From: Carcharhinus amblyrhynchos
Lineage: Eukaryota
Direction: 5' to 3'
Length of the DNA stretch: 64,000 nt
Assembly: GCA_965287045.1 (NCBI GenBank)
Contig: OZ336884.1
Span: 45,942,001-46,006,000 of the forward strand
Each line of letters begins with the position of its first letter. Within the stretch, counting starts at the first letter, position 1. The notes beneath the pieces were generated by a model, which was not told the DNA's origin, searched no databases, and saw only the letters and a list, made by a program, of their open reading frames with translations. A program made the translations under genes and the position numbers. This document shows, one piece after another, positions 11,736 to 23,989 of this stretch.

Positions 11736-14124
11736 AAACCAATTCAGCTCTCTCTGGATGACCCTGACCCCTGATTGACAGCCCCAGCTCCCTACTAACG
11801 ACCTTGGGTCACAGTGCAGTGGGCAAATTGCAATGAAACCTATACACATGCTAAAAGTGGTAAGTATTGTGCTAAGGTCACTCAAAAAGTGGTGTGCTTG
11901 TTGTGATTATAAGTTGTTCCCGGGTACAAAATTCATTGTTACTACCACAGTGCGATGTCCTAGTGGCTTGACAATGTTACTGAATGATGCCTGGAAATTT
12001 TTCCACATTTCTGGCTTTAAAAGTAATTTCTTAATCCCAAGAAATCCATCAAGTCCGAGAAACAAACAACACCAAATGCTTCTTTAGTGGCATACACGTT
12101 ATTCTATTAGTGAAAACAAATACAATAGTAAAAACAAATTCAATATTCTGTAAACAATTCATCTTTCTCTTTTAAAATAAAATTTTTTTCCCTTGTCTCT
12201 CCAAAAGGGAAAAAAAAACAATCTTCTGGGGGGAAAAATTTCCACCAGTGAACAACAAACTTTATCCCAGCAGTGAACAGAGAATAGGCTCTTTGATATC
12301 TCCATGAATGTGTCAATCTCACTCCATGATCAATGGAGAGGTACAATTCAATTTGAACACAAGGGCAAATACTGCATGCAACGCTCTGTTAGGCAACCCC
12401 ACAGAGGACACCCAGCTGAGCCAATTGGCTTCAGCAAGTTGAAATATTGGCTATTCAGAGACAGCATGTTTTCCTTCTGTCTCTTTCTTAATAGCAAGTG
12501 TACTCCCACCATCATATAAATTCCAGAACAAACAAAGGATGTTTAAAGCAATTAAAAGAATGATAAGCTATAAATTATCCTAATTATCCCAATTATCTGA
12601 ATACAGTGATTAGAATGTTTACAATAATATTTAACATCAATTTGGTTGAAAGGAACCTAATATATTCAACCATCTGTCATCAACACTCCTTGACGCACCT
12701 CTGCCCTCACCCCCTGCCCAACCGGCCTATCAAACTGTCACTCATTTCACTTGCAAGTTTAGTTTTACTAAAGCGTACAGATACAAAATTGGTCTGGAAT
12801 TATCACAGTACCATGCTAAAGCTATAAATGAACTGAAATAGTGGAACAGCTAACTAGAAGATCCCTCAGTACTAATTGCAATGAGATTCCCAGGGAGAAA
12901 TTCAGCCACCTGATTCATCCTTTGCATTGTGCCACATTACTTTAAAATGCGAACAAATTTCAATAAATGTACTGTATTCACAATTGATTCTGCATAAATT
13001 TGTTGCGACAAGCCTTGGGTTGAAAAATAATCTTGGAGTGATCGGTTGGCTTACCCGCATTTAGGTACAGCTTCAGAAAGCCTCAAAATTGGGAAGGCTA
13101 AGCTAACAGCAGGAAAAATAATACAATAAAAATACTGGATCAAGCAAAATTAGTATTTGATAAGTCTGTTCATCTATTGCTTACTTTGAGCTCAAGCAGA
13201 TATATGGAGAATTAAAAATAAAAACAAAAACAAAAACAAAATAGTGACAAAATTGAGCCATAATTTCCAAACACCCCAACAAAGAAATGCAGGTAACACC
13301 AAAGCTACGCTGAGAAATCCTTCTTGGATATTCAAATATACGGGTCTGCATGGCAATTGCCAGGAAGTGTTAACTTTCTCTGGGCAATTGTGCTGTGCTG
13401 AGAACTGCTGAAAAATATGATTTAAATCACAACCTTTGTATGGTTCTGGCTGTCTTATACACAGTTACCCAGAAAAAGTTAGATGAATTAAAACCTATTC
13501 AAACTTCCAGGTGACTACTTCACAAACACAGGAGGTCCATAACAGGATGTTCACCACCCCCTCACCAACATCCAAGGGGACTCTCCCATTTCCTGACTAA
13601 TATCCCCCATCCCAGCTAATTGCTCCCACCCCCCAAACCATGGTATCCCCACCCCCCACTGTCTGTCCCCATGGGATCCTCCCTGACCTGACTACCAACC
13701 TATATTGCCCTAAAAGCCTGACCTGAAACTGCTTCCCCTCCACAGGCCCATTTGAAGCCCTACTATCCACTCTCAGATGACCCAACCACTCACGCCGCAC
13801 CTCCCCACATCTGACATCCACCCCAATGACTCAAACATTCAAATACAACACCACAGCCCTAACCAGGATCCAACCTACCCTCCCCCACTGCCCTGCATTC
13901 ACCTGAAGTCCATTCCACCCCTCCTACCTCACCTCCACTCCCCCCCCCTCCCCCCCCCCCCCGCCTCCCACTCCCAAAAATCTCATCCATTTATCTTAGA
14001 TGCTTTCTCCCTAGCTTGTCAACTTCAATGACATTTAAACTTACTTAGTTTAAGGCTGCTAGTGTTGCAAAAAAGGTGACATGTCGCCCTTCAATTCATC
14101 TCTCCTAGTTGCCACAATCCAGCA

Positions 14125-14306
14125 CCTGTTCAGGTACACTGAGGAAAATTTAGCATGGCTAATGCACCTATTCAGCACTATTTTGGACTATGGGAGGAAA
14201 CACAGGGAGAATGTGCAAACCACACACAGACAGACAGTCACCCAAGGCCAGAATTGAACCCAGGTCCCTGGTACTTTAAGGCAACAGTGCTAACCACTGT
14301 GCCACC
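14125..14306 (-). mobile_element. HE1-like SINE, internally deleted
   Basis: Reverse complement of the SINE head: GAATTGAACCCAGG...GCAACAGTGCTAACCACTGTGCCACC. Confidence 0.85.
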
Positions 14307-15828
14307 ATCTGTCCTATCTGTACTTAGATATTTGGAAAGAGCAAAAAGTACACTTTCCTGGAAAGTGTACGATGATTCTCCCAAACTCTTGTTGTTTGTG
14401 TCATTCCTCCAGGATTTCTGCTGACCTGGCATTCCACATCAGAAAAATCTGCACAAATTAATTTGCTTGTATTTTTCACCAACTACTTAACAGAACTTAC
14501 TGCTGAATATTTTTTAAAAATTATTACTACTTGTATTGACAACTCAATTAAAATTAATTCCATCGTATTCTTGAAAAAGATAACAAAATAATGAAAATTT
14601 ATCGTGGCATGCCACAGATACAAGGCACTACAGCTTGCTGCCACCCAACCATTTAAACCATCACCAACACTGCACTGATTTGTGGAGAATGATAAAGCTG
14701 TTATTTGCCAGATTCCAAGTAATTTACCAGATACCAGCATCACGATCTCTTGTGAAAATTAATTGAGCAAATTGCATACTATCTTACAACCCAAATTGCT
14801 TGGTGCAACCCCATTTTATTCTCAATCTTCCTAAATTAATTTAGCTTTGTTCTGGAGACCCTCAGGTGCAAGTGCAGGAATCAATGGAATGTATTTTACC
14901 CTTAAGCATAATACAGAAACACACAAACGCAATGCCAGAGGTGTGTAAATTTGAAAATAGGGATATTGGTGACCCCCAACAATTGAACAATTGTTCAATT
15001 CATATTTAACCCAGCTGAAGATGCTTGTATCTGCCAGAAAACTGAGAGAGTGCCTATTGTGCCGATAACTGTAGGAAAGGAACAAGTCTGTTCTCAAAAT
15101 AGTCCAAATTGCAGCAGTTCCTTGAACTGAAAAGCAACAAGAGAACTCTTAAAGAGCAGTGTTTCATTTGTTGCTGTTACTCAGACACACTAAAATTTAT
15201 GTTTGCAAAAATAGAAATTAGTTATGTTTGAAGCCACATAATTAGAAGCAGATAGAGTGCTTTCATTTCATCCTCTGCTCAGAAAATACAGAAAACAACA
15301 AGATGCTGAACTGTGAAGACCCAAGGGAACAAAAATCTAAATCTAAAATAAGGTACAAGAAATTAGCAGAAGAAGAAAACCGATTTGGCTAGCTGCAGTG
15401 TTCCACTGGGGCTTAGCATGGGCTCACTGTTTTACAAGTGGGCACACTAGAGGCTTCTAGAGTCAATTTTAAGTTAAACAGTTTTAGATCATTGCATTTG
15501 CTTCCATTTTCTTGTGTTTTCTTTTTGCAGGCTCTGTTTCTTTCTTGTCCCCTTTGTTTTGTGTAAAATTCTTACCTTTCCCAACTCATCTTGACATATC
15601 CTTTTGCTTTTGCTTATTCCATTTCCACTTTTTTTGGATTTGAACCATGTCAAAGGGTGACAGGCATGGAAATTGAATTCAGACTACAGTCAGATCAGCC
15701 ATGATCTTACCAAATGGAGGAGCAGGCTCAATGGGCCGATTCCTGTTCCTATTTCTTTTGATCTTATGATCTGTTAAGATAAACACCATTCTAGGCTAGG
15801 CTTTCTCCAACATCACTTGTTTTATTAA

Positions 15829-16021
15829 CACAACACCAGCTTAAAGTCCAACAGGTTTACTTGGTAGCATGAGCTTTTGGAGGGTTACCCCTTCATCACT
15901 CACCTGATGAAGAGGTAATGCTCTGAAAGCTCATGCTACCAAATAAACCTGCTGGACTTTAACCTGGTGTTGTGAGACTACTTACTGTGCGTACCCCAGT
16001 CCAATGCCAGCAGCTCCACGT
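15829..16021. mobile_element. Palindromic Penelope-derived hammerhead element (copy 2)
   Basis: Arms ~15829-15898 and ~15904-15974. Perfect 13-bp TSD CTTGTTTTATTAA at 15816-15828 and 16022-16034. Core CTGATGA 15904-15910, stem AGAG/CTCT, GAAAGCTC 15925-15932. Confidence 0.9.
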
Positions 16022-17805
16022 CTTGTTTTATTAAGAATCAGGTTGTGGGTATCACTAACAAGGCTGCCATTTGTTGCTCATCCCCAGTTACCCTCAAGGC
16101 CATGGCCTAAGTCCAACAAAGAAAGACGTATGGTTTGGAGGGAAATTTCACGTTGATTGTGTTTCCATGTACTTGATGTGTTGCGATTCCCAGTTATGGA
16201 CATCACAGGTTTGTACTGCCTGAAAAGCCTTAGAAAGTTACTGCAGTGCATGGTGGAGCTAGTGGACACTGATGCCCAATGGCATTACAATGGTGCAGAG
16301 CATGTTTAAATCAGGAGATGATCCTGACAATCAGGACTGCTCTGTCCTGAATAGTTTCTTCTCTTGGACACTTTGACCCACCAGTCTCACCATCACCTAT
16401 GACAGCCCTTCTTGGAGCACTTCAGCTTGTTCTACCTTCCTTCTGTCTCTTTTTTGAAATCTTCTGTCCTTCTCCATTCCCCACCCAAAGCTGCTTCTTG
16501 AAAGATTTTTTTTTCTTCCTACAGGTTCAACATTGTGTCAGACTAATTTCAACTTTAACAAAACAGATTTCTGCACTTACTCTATTCCATCATATTGGCT
16601 AGAAATTACTACAAGAGCCAATATCTCACACTTCTGACAAAAGCAGCAATAGACATCACACGGCAGGAGAGCATTTTTCATTCCACAGGACTTTCTTTTG
16701 AAAAGAAACTTCCTACTTCCCTACTTATCATGAACAAAACATCAAAGTCTACATATTTAAAAAGTAGAATTTTTATTTCAGTGTGGTTCTGCGGCACTAC
16801 TTTGAATTTTGACTCAAAGGGAATTAGTTAAAAGAGACCTGACCTTTCTTACCAAGCTGACAAATGTTATTTTGACACAAGGTCTCATGTATTAAAATCA
16901 ATTGACTCTAAAATTGCTCACCAGTTCTTGTGACAAAGCTCAACAACTCATCTGGTTGCTGATGAAAGTTCAGATTACAGTTCGATTGACATTTAAGGGG
17001 AAATAAAAGTATGAAGGCACCAAAGATTTTTCAACTGTCAATTATTCATCAGTTGCAATGGCAGTGTGCACTTTAAGTCAGACACCAATATATTCAACCC
17101 ATTTTTACTTATACTTGATACAAGATGTGTGATTCAGTTTGAGTCACTCAAGTACACCCACTGTTGCACAGGATAAGATTCACTGATGACATAGAACCAA
17201 CAATTCTCTAAATCGATTATTTTGAAGTTTTGTAGGCTTTGCAAATTTAAGATAAGCAGTCAGAATGCCTGTGATGTTCTTCATCCTATTTTTCATTGCT
17301 GAGGACCATGCCCTGATTTTTGCTATGAAATAAACAATTTCTTCAGAGGCTGAATTTTGTTTGGGTGTTTTGACAATTTTGCCACTGCTTTGCTTTCAAT
17401 CTTTCTCCTGTGGAAACATTAGGTATTGACAATTAGTAACCGATACAATGTCTGCAGTGATGTAACAGTGAAACTCATTCACATGCTAAAGCATTGTGCC
17501 ATGGAACATTAGGGCTAGTACTGGGAGTCATAACTCCTGAAACAATAAATTCCTGATTCCAACCGTTTAGTTGGATGAAGGCATTGCTTAGAGATCTTTG
17601 CTTCGGCTTGGGAGAAAAAGAGATAATGGACAACAAATCATACTTCTCATAACCCCACACAAAATTAATGATGAAACTGCAGAGGCCAGAAAGCATGTTG
17701 AAGTTATGTTCCTTAGCAATATAACTTGGTGCAGAAAACCCGAAAGAAGTATAATAAAGAATTTAATTCAACTGATTATTTAACTGGTTTTGATGCAACC
17801 AAACA

Positions 17806-18146
17806 ATCATAGAATCCCTACAGTGCACAAGAGGCCATTTAGCCCATTGAATCTGCAAGGGCTCTCTGATGGACTATCTTACCCAGGCCCTCTCACCCAT
17901 CCTATCCTTATAACCCCACCCATTTACCATGGCTAATCCATTAACCTACACATCTTGGGGCACTTAGGGGCAATTGAGTGTGGCCAATCCACCTAACCCA
18001 CAAATCTTTGGATTGTGGGATGAAACCAGAGCAGCTAGAGGAAACCCACGCAGAGACTAGGAGAATGTATAAACTATACACGGACAGTCACCCAGGGGCT
18101 GGGTCCGTGAAGCTGTGAGGCAGCAGTGCTAACCTTTCTGCTACCA
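17806..18146 (-). mobile_element. HE1-like SINE, full length
   Basis: Reads ATCATAGAATCCCTACAGTGCA (tail) through GAGGCAGCAGTGCTAACC (head) on the + strand, i.e. minus orientation. Confidence 0.9.
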
Positions 18147-18581
18147 CAGTGGTTAACATCGATATCACAATCACAAAGAAAGAAACGTTTTTCAATTAAT
18201 TGTGCTTTTGGTTCTGTATTAAAACTGTGAACCAATAAAACAGTGGGTCTGTCTAGTACATCATGGAGAAAAATAAATCAAGCATTTGTATTTTCCTTCT
18301 GAGATTCATAATTTGAAAAATAGGAATTGTCTAAGACAACATTTTCCAGGAGATTGCAAACTTGCTGTATCACTTCTGAAACCTATTGAGCTCCTCATCA
18401 TCTGATATCAAATCACAAAAGTAGATGTGTTTTGCAAATGCATTTAGCTCTAACTTTTTGAACAAGTCTGCTAATAAATTTGCTGTGGTTACATTCTTAC
18501 AAGGTGCACACCTTCTGAAACCAGTCAGGCTTCATGCCATTCTGCCATCCTGCCACTGCCAATGGATTTTTGAATTTCGGT

Positions 18582-18607
18582 GGGGGGGGGGGGGGGGGGG
18601 GGGGGGG
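18582..18607. repeat. Poly-G tract (26 nt)
   Basis: Homopolymer seen directly. Confidence 0.95.
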
Positions 18608-19466
18608 AATGATTCCGAAATAAGTGCCTGCTAATTACATGAAAATATATTCAAACGAGGTTCTCAATGTTCACATGCCCAGTCACCGACAGCGGGAGGG
18701 GACAATTGTGTGTTAATTTACACCAACATGAAATGCCACTCTGCACTTGTTGCAATAATTTCCATTCCCAATATCTAACCTAGATAACATTAACAGGAGG
18801 AGAAAATCCAAGCCTTGATCTGTTTGTCTAATTTTGTTTTTACCATTTTCAATATGATTGTGCTAAAATATCGATTCTTAAAAGATCTTGCTAGTTCTTG
18901 GTGGGCAGCAGTTTAAAACATAATATGGTTCTAACCAACATGGTGTAATCTTGCTCTGATTCCTTGATGGTGTCTGATAAACTGAAATGTCTTGGTCATA
19001 TCAACATTACAGGGTACAAAGGTTTATCCACGTTCAATATGTCCAGTTATAAAAAGCTTCAAAGAAAGAAGAGATCAAAGAAAATTAATGGTAAAATGAC
19101 ACCCATCCTTTTCAGTATATTTTTCCATTTCACACTGCTTCAGCTTACATTCAGTACTTGTGTGAAGCTAAAACATGAAAAGCAAAATGATGAATTATAA
19201 AATTATCATATCAAAGTTGAGTTGAGACTGCACCACACAACTGTTCAATTATTTTGTACTGGGATGTGGGCAGGAGCAAGAAATGGATGAGCAATTCATC
19301 TTAATCCGTTTTATTATTCTTATTTATTATTTGTATCCCTTTACTCTTCCTTGAACAGACAATGCATCGAATTCATAAGAACATAAGAAATAGGAGCAGG
19401 AGTAGGCCATCTAGCCCTTCGAGCCTGCCCCACCATTCAATAAGATCATGGCTGATCTGTCGCTGC

Positions 19467-22406
19467 TCAGTTCCACTTTCCCGCCCTCTCCCCATAACCC
19501 TTAATCCCCTCTCTTATCAAAAACCCATCAACCCGCGTCTTAAAAATATTTAGCGAGGCAGCCTCCACCACTTCAACGGGCAGAGAATTCCAGAGATTCA
19601 CCACCCTTTGAGTGAAGAAGTTCCTCCTCAACTCCGTTCTAAACCGCCCCCTTTTTATCTTGAGGCTGTGCCCCCTAGTCCTACTGTCTTTTTTGAGCGG
19701 GAAGAGTCTCTCCACCTCTATCCTATCCATCCCATTCATCATCTTATACGTCTCAATGAGATCTTCCCTCATTCTTCTAAACTCTAACGAGTACAAGCCC
19801 AGTTTATTCAGCCTCTCCTCATAGCTCAACCCCCTCAACTCCGGTATCAGCCTAGTAAACCTCCTCTGCACTCTCTCCAAGGCCAAAATATCTTTGCGCA
19901 GGTGTGGCGCCCAAAACTGCACACAGTACTCCAGCTGCGGCCTCACCAATGCCCTATACAGCCGCAGCAAGACCTCCCTACTTTTATATTCAATCCCCCT
20001 CGCTATGAAGGTCAGCATCCCATTCGCCTTCCTGACCACCTGCTGCACCTGCAAGCTGGGTTTTTGTGACTCATGCACAAGGACCCCGAGGTCCCTCTGC
20101 ACCGTCGCCTGCTGCAGTTTTTCGCCCCGTAAGTAATAGTCCTTCCTACCATTCTTCCTACCAAAGTGGACCACCTCACACTTGCCAACATTAAATTCCA
20201 TTTGCCATTTCCTGGCCCATTCGCCCAGCCTATCTAGATCCTTCTGCAGACTCTCCACACCCTCCGCACAATTTGCCATTCCACCAATCTTGGTGTCATC
20301 AGCAAATTTCGACACCCTACACTCAGTTCCCTCCTCCAGATCATCTATATAAATGGTAAAAAGCTGAGGCCCCAGCACCGACCCCTGGGGCACTCCACTA
20401 GTCACCATCCGCCAATCCGAATAGCACCCGTTGACCCCCACTCTCTGCCTCCTATTTGACAGCCAATCCTCTATCCACGCTAACACCCTACCCCCAACTC
20501 CATGTCCCTCGACCTTCTGCAATAACCTCTTGTGAGGTACTTTGTCAAACGCCTTCTGAAAATCTAAAAAGACCACATCCACCGCCCTAGACACATCCTC
20601 ATAGAACTCCAACAAATTTGTCAGACACGACTTCCCTTTAATGAAACCGTGCTGCGTCTGCTCTATCAAGCAATTCCCTTCAAGATGCCTCGCAATTTCC
20701 TCCTTAATGACAGATTCTAACATTTTACCTACCACAGACGTTAAACTAACCGGCCTATAATTCCCCGCCTTTTGCCTGGCACCCTTCTTAAACAACGGCG
20801 TAACATTAGCCGTTTTCCAATCATCCGGCACTTCCCCGGAATCCAGCGACGTCTGGAAAATAACCACCAAGGCATCCACTATCACCTCCGCCATTTCTTT
20901 CAGAACCCTCGGATGCATTCCATCCGGTCCTGGGGACTTGTCCACAATCAGCCCCTCCAGTCTGTCGAGCACCGCCTCTCTAGTAACAGTAATGTCATTA
21001 AGACCCTCTAGTCCTACCACCTTTCCATCGCTAACACCCAGCAAATTATTCACGTCCTCCTCCGTGAAGACAGAAACAAAAAAGTTATTCAATACCTTAG
21101 CCATATCCCCATCCCCTACCACTAGGTCCCCTTTCTCATCCTCTAAAGGACCAACATTCACCCTAGCCAGCCTCTTCCTTTTTATATATTTATAAAAACT
21201 CTTGCTATCCTTTTTTATATTAAGCGCTAGCCCAGCTCCATAGTTTCTCCTACCCTTCTTTATCAACTTCTTTGTCAATCTTTGTTGACATTTAAACCTC
21301 TCCCAATCCTCTTCTCGCCCACTACTCTTAGCTACTCTAAATTCCTCCGCTTTTAATTTAACACTTTCCTTCACCTCCTTCGTTATCCACGGCTTATTAC
21401 CTCTCCTCCTACAGTCCTTTTTGACCATCGGAATAAATTTCTGCTGAGCACCAAGAAAGATCTCCTTAAAGATCCTCCACTGCTCCTTAGCAGACCCTCC
21501 CTCCAACGCGCTCCCCCAGTCCACATTCGCCAATTCTTCTCTCATCCTACCGTACTCCCCTCTATTCAAACAAAGGACGCGTGTCCGGGAACCCACTTTC
21601 TCCTCCTCCATCTGCACCAGAAACTCCACCATACAATGATCACTCTCCCCAAGAGGATCCTTCACCACAAGGTCCCTAATTCTACCCGCCTCATTACATA
21701 GCACCAAATCCAAGATAGCTCGCTCCCTCGTCGGCTCCAACACACACTGTTCGAGGAAACTATCCCGGCAGCATTCCAAGAACTCTTCCTCGAGCCCCCC
21801 GCGTCCAACATGGGTCGACCAATCAATATGCAGATTGAAATCCCCCATAACTACGGCCGTCCCATTCCTGCACGCCGCACTTATTTGCGCGTTAACAGTC
21901 CGCCCCACCTCCAGATCATTATTCGGGGGCCTATAGACGACAACCACCAGCGTCTTCCTCCCTTTGCTGTTCCTAATCTCCACCCACAACGATTCCACCC
22001 TCTGCTCCTTGGCTCCAATATCATCCCTTGCTACCACCGTGATGCTATTCTTAATCAGCAGAGCTACGCCACCCCCTTTTCCCTCCTGCCTATCCTTCCT
22101 AAACACTTGATAGCCCTGTACATTCAGCTCCCAGTCCCTGTCACCCTGCAGCCACGTCTCTGTAATGGCCACCAGATCGTATCCATTTGTGTCGATCTGC
22201 GCCACCAGCTCATCCACTTTATTCCGAATGCTTCGTGCATTCAGATAAAGCGCTTTCATCCCAGCCTTCACCTGGACCCTATTTGCCGTAACGCCACCAA
22301 CCATACTCACGCCCCCTACTCCCTCCATTATTGGGACATCCTCGGCCTCTTCCCTTACCTGTACCCTCTCCTTAACTTTAGACCTCGTAACATCACCTAC
22401 CCTCAC
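19467..22406 (-). CDS. CR1 ORF2: APE endonuclease + reverse transcriptase (979 aa open frame)
   Basis: APE motifs YLNARS, ITETW, YRPP, GDFN, LDL, SDH. RT motifs KSPGPDG, NYRPVSLTS, QHGF, DFQKAFDKV, GVPQGSVLGP, FADD. The true start is uncertain because there is no ATG at the frame start. Confidence 0.95.
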   Translation of the reverse strand: MRVGDVTRSKVKERVQVREEAEDVPIMEGVGGVSMVGGVTANRVQVKAGMKALYLNARSIRNKVDELVAQIDTNGYDLVAITETWLQGDRDWELNVQGYQVFRKDRQEGKGGGVALLIKNSITVVARDDIGAKEQRVESLWVEIRNSKGRKTLVVVVYRPPNNDLEVGRTVNAQISAACRNGTAVVMGDFNLHIDWSTHVGRGGLEEEFLECCRDSFLEQCVLEPTRERAILDLVLCNEAGRIRDLVVKDPLGESDHCMVEFLVQMEEEKVGSRTRVLCLNRGEYGRMREELANVDWGSALEGGSAKEQWRIFKEIFLGAQQKFIPMVKKDCRRRGNKPWITKEVKESVKLKAEEFRVAKSSGREEDWERFKCQQRLTKKLIKKGRRNYGAGLALNIKKDSKSFYKYIKRKRLARVNVGPLEDEKGDLVVGDGDMAKVLNNFFVSVFTEEDVNNLLGVSDGKVVGLEGLNDITVTREAVLDRLEGLIVDKSPGPDGMHPRVLKEMAEVIVDALVVIFQTSLDSGEVPDDWKTANVTPLFKKGARQKAGNYRPVSLTSVVGKMLESVIKEEIARHLEGNCLIEQTQHGFIKGKSCLTNLLEFYEDVSRAVDVVFLDFQKAFDKVPHKRLLQKVEGHGVGGRVLAWIEDWLSNRRQRVGVNGCYSDWRMVTSGVPQGSVLGPQLFTIYIDDLEEGTECRVSKFADDTKIGGMANCAEGVESLQKDLDRLGEWARKWQMEFNVGKCEVVHFGRKNGRKDYYLRGEKLQQATVQRDLGVLVHESQKPSLQVQQVVRKANGMLTFIARGIEYKSREVLLRLYRALVRPQLEYCVQFWAPHLRKDILALERVQRRFTRLIPELRGLSYEERLNKLGLYSLEFRRMREDLIETYKMMNGMDRIEVERLFPLKKDSRTRGHSLKIKRGRFRTELRRNFFTQRVVNLWNSLPVEVVEAASLNIFKTRVDGFLIREGIKGYGERAGKWN

Positions 22407-22425
22407 ACCCTGCCCCCCCCCCCAA

Positions 22426-22938
22426 TTAGTTTAAAGCCCTGTCTACAGTCCTCTTTACTCGATTCGCCAGCACTCTGGTCCCAGCACGGTTCAGACCAAC
22501 CCCATCCCGCCCGAACAGGTCCCACCTACCCCAATACTGGTGCCAATGCCCCATAAATTCAAACCCATTCCTCCCACACCAATCCCTGAGCCACCCATTC
22601 ACTTCCTTAATCCTGTCAACCCTACGCCCGTCTGCACTCGGTTCAGGCAGTAGCCCAGAGATAACCACCTTGTCGGTTCTACTTTTTAATTCCATTCCCA
22701 GCTTTTCATACTCCCTCCCCAGATCCTCAGTCTGCATTTTGCTTACGTCGCCGGCACCCACGTGTACCACAACGACCGGATTCTCACCCTCCCACTCCAG
22801 GTTCCTCTGCAGCCCAGCTGCGACATCCCGTACCCGAGCACCAGGCAGACAACACACCCTTCTGTGCACTTTGTCATTGTGACAAAGGACAGTGTCAATA
22901 CCCTTCACTCCACTATCCCCAATCACTACTACGTTCAT
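22426..22938 (-). CDS. CR1 ORF1 C-terminal SGNH/GDSL esterase-like domain (5'-truncated)
   Basis: VVVIGDS, CCLPGARVRDV, VVVHVGAGD, VVISGLLP, DGVGLNRAG and the terminal RALN* are typical of CR1 ORF1. Confidence 0.9.
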   Translation of the reverse strand: MNVVVIGDSGVKGIDTVLCHNDKVHRRVCCLPGARVRDVAAGLQRNLEWEGENPVVVVHVGAGDVSKMQTEDLGREYEKLGMELKSRTDKVVISGLLPEPSADGRRVDRIKEVNGWLRDWCGRNGFEFMGHWHQYWGRWDLFGRDGVGLNRAGTRVLANRVKRTVDRALN

Positions 22939-23989
22939 TTGTGGACTCTTGAACTAAATGCCAATCTCTTGCATGAGATGGCAACTTATCGCCAAAGTAA
23001 ATTTTTCAGCTATATTCATGTTTTATGAGCAGAAACAAAGAGCAGAGAAAGCCATTCAGCCCTCCAAGCCTGCTCCTCCATTCAATTAGATAATGGTCGA
23101 GCTGACTGTACCTCTTGCCTACCCTTTTTGTTGATCAAAAATTTATCTATGGTGGGGGGTGGGGTGGTTTGGTAAGGTTCTCTACATGGGGGATGATACA
23201 GCATGAAGGCCTACTAACAATATGTAAATGAATGCTAATGGAGTTTCTGACCTTTGTGGGAACACCATTACATCATTGGCAGAGATAATATCAATGGGAA
23301 ATCTCGCCAGTATTAAAACCATTTGGGGACTCCCACTGCATGCCCCTCTGGTCTCCCCACCTGCCAAAATTGATGGTTAATAACTCCCCCTCTCGTTCAT
23401 ATCCAAGTAACCACTATCAGACTGTCCTGTATAATCCCTTTGGAATACAATTTTTAATCCAGAAGAGAAAGTGAAATGTTGATGGGGGACACTCTCCTGT
23501 GAAACACTGATGCTATTATTCACAGCCTATTTACTGAAGGTAATATAAAATGCAGGTTTGAAAGCTTCATTACTGACTGTGTGATTTGTGCTATACAACT
23601 AATGAATGAAATCCCTAATGCAACAGACAGGCAATATTCCTGGTTAGCTAGCAAATACAACAGTGTAATGAAAGCTTTCTCCAAACAATTTTGACCACAC
23701 GCAAGAGATCAATATTTTTAAAACTACTCACTGTTGAAAACAGCACCAGAATTTGAGGCCGTAACTTTTTAAAAAAATTGTCATCTGTCCTTTAGGTAAT
23801 AAATTTTCTCTACACCTTACAAAATTACTCTGAAACAGTACAACAAAACTGTCTCCTTACTGTACTGATCACTTAAAACAAAGCACGTAATTCTACATTA
23901 GTGCAACAGATGCCATCTGTTATGGCACAAAGGTGATTCTTCCCTCTGTTCGATTTTGGAACCACTCAAAAGGGATATACCTTGCCTTG

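Larger units (their letters stand above)
19375..22938 (-). mobile_element. Young CR1 LINE, 5'-truncated within ORF1
   Basis: Two long ORFs, CpG-rich sequence, and a 3' UTR with TTCTTATG tail at 19376-19390. Possible short TSD TTCAT at 19373-19377 and 22934-22938. Confidence 0.97.

Noticed and set aside
13540-14031. Pro-rich ORFs and C-tracts
   Set aside because: Low-complexity C-rich repeat interior; no coding signature.
17150-17760. Possible further exon (tttccacAG at ~17408 on -) or coding remnant
   Set aside because: Stops in all frames and no motif linking it to the WD40 gene.
21810-22556. 248-aa ORF antisense to CR1
   Set aside because: Explained by the G-rich sense strand of CR1 making stop codons scarce on the C-rich strand; no domain recognisable.
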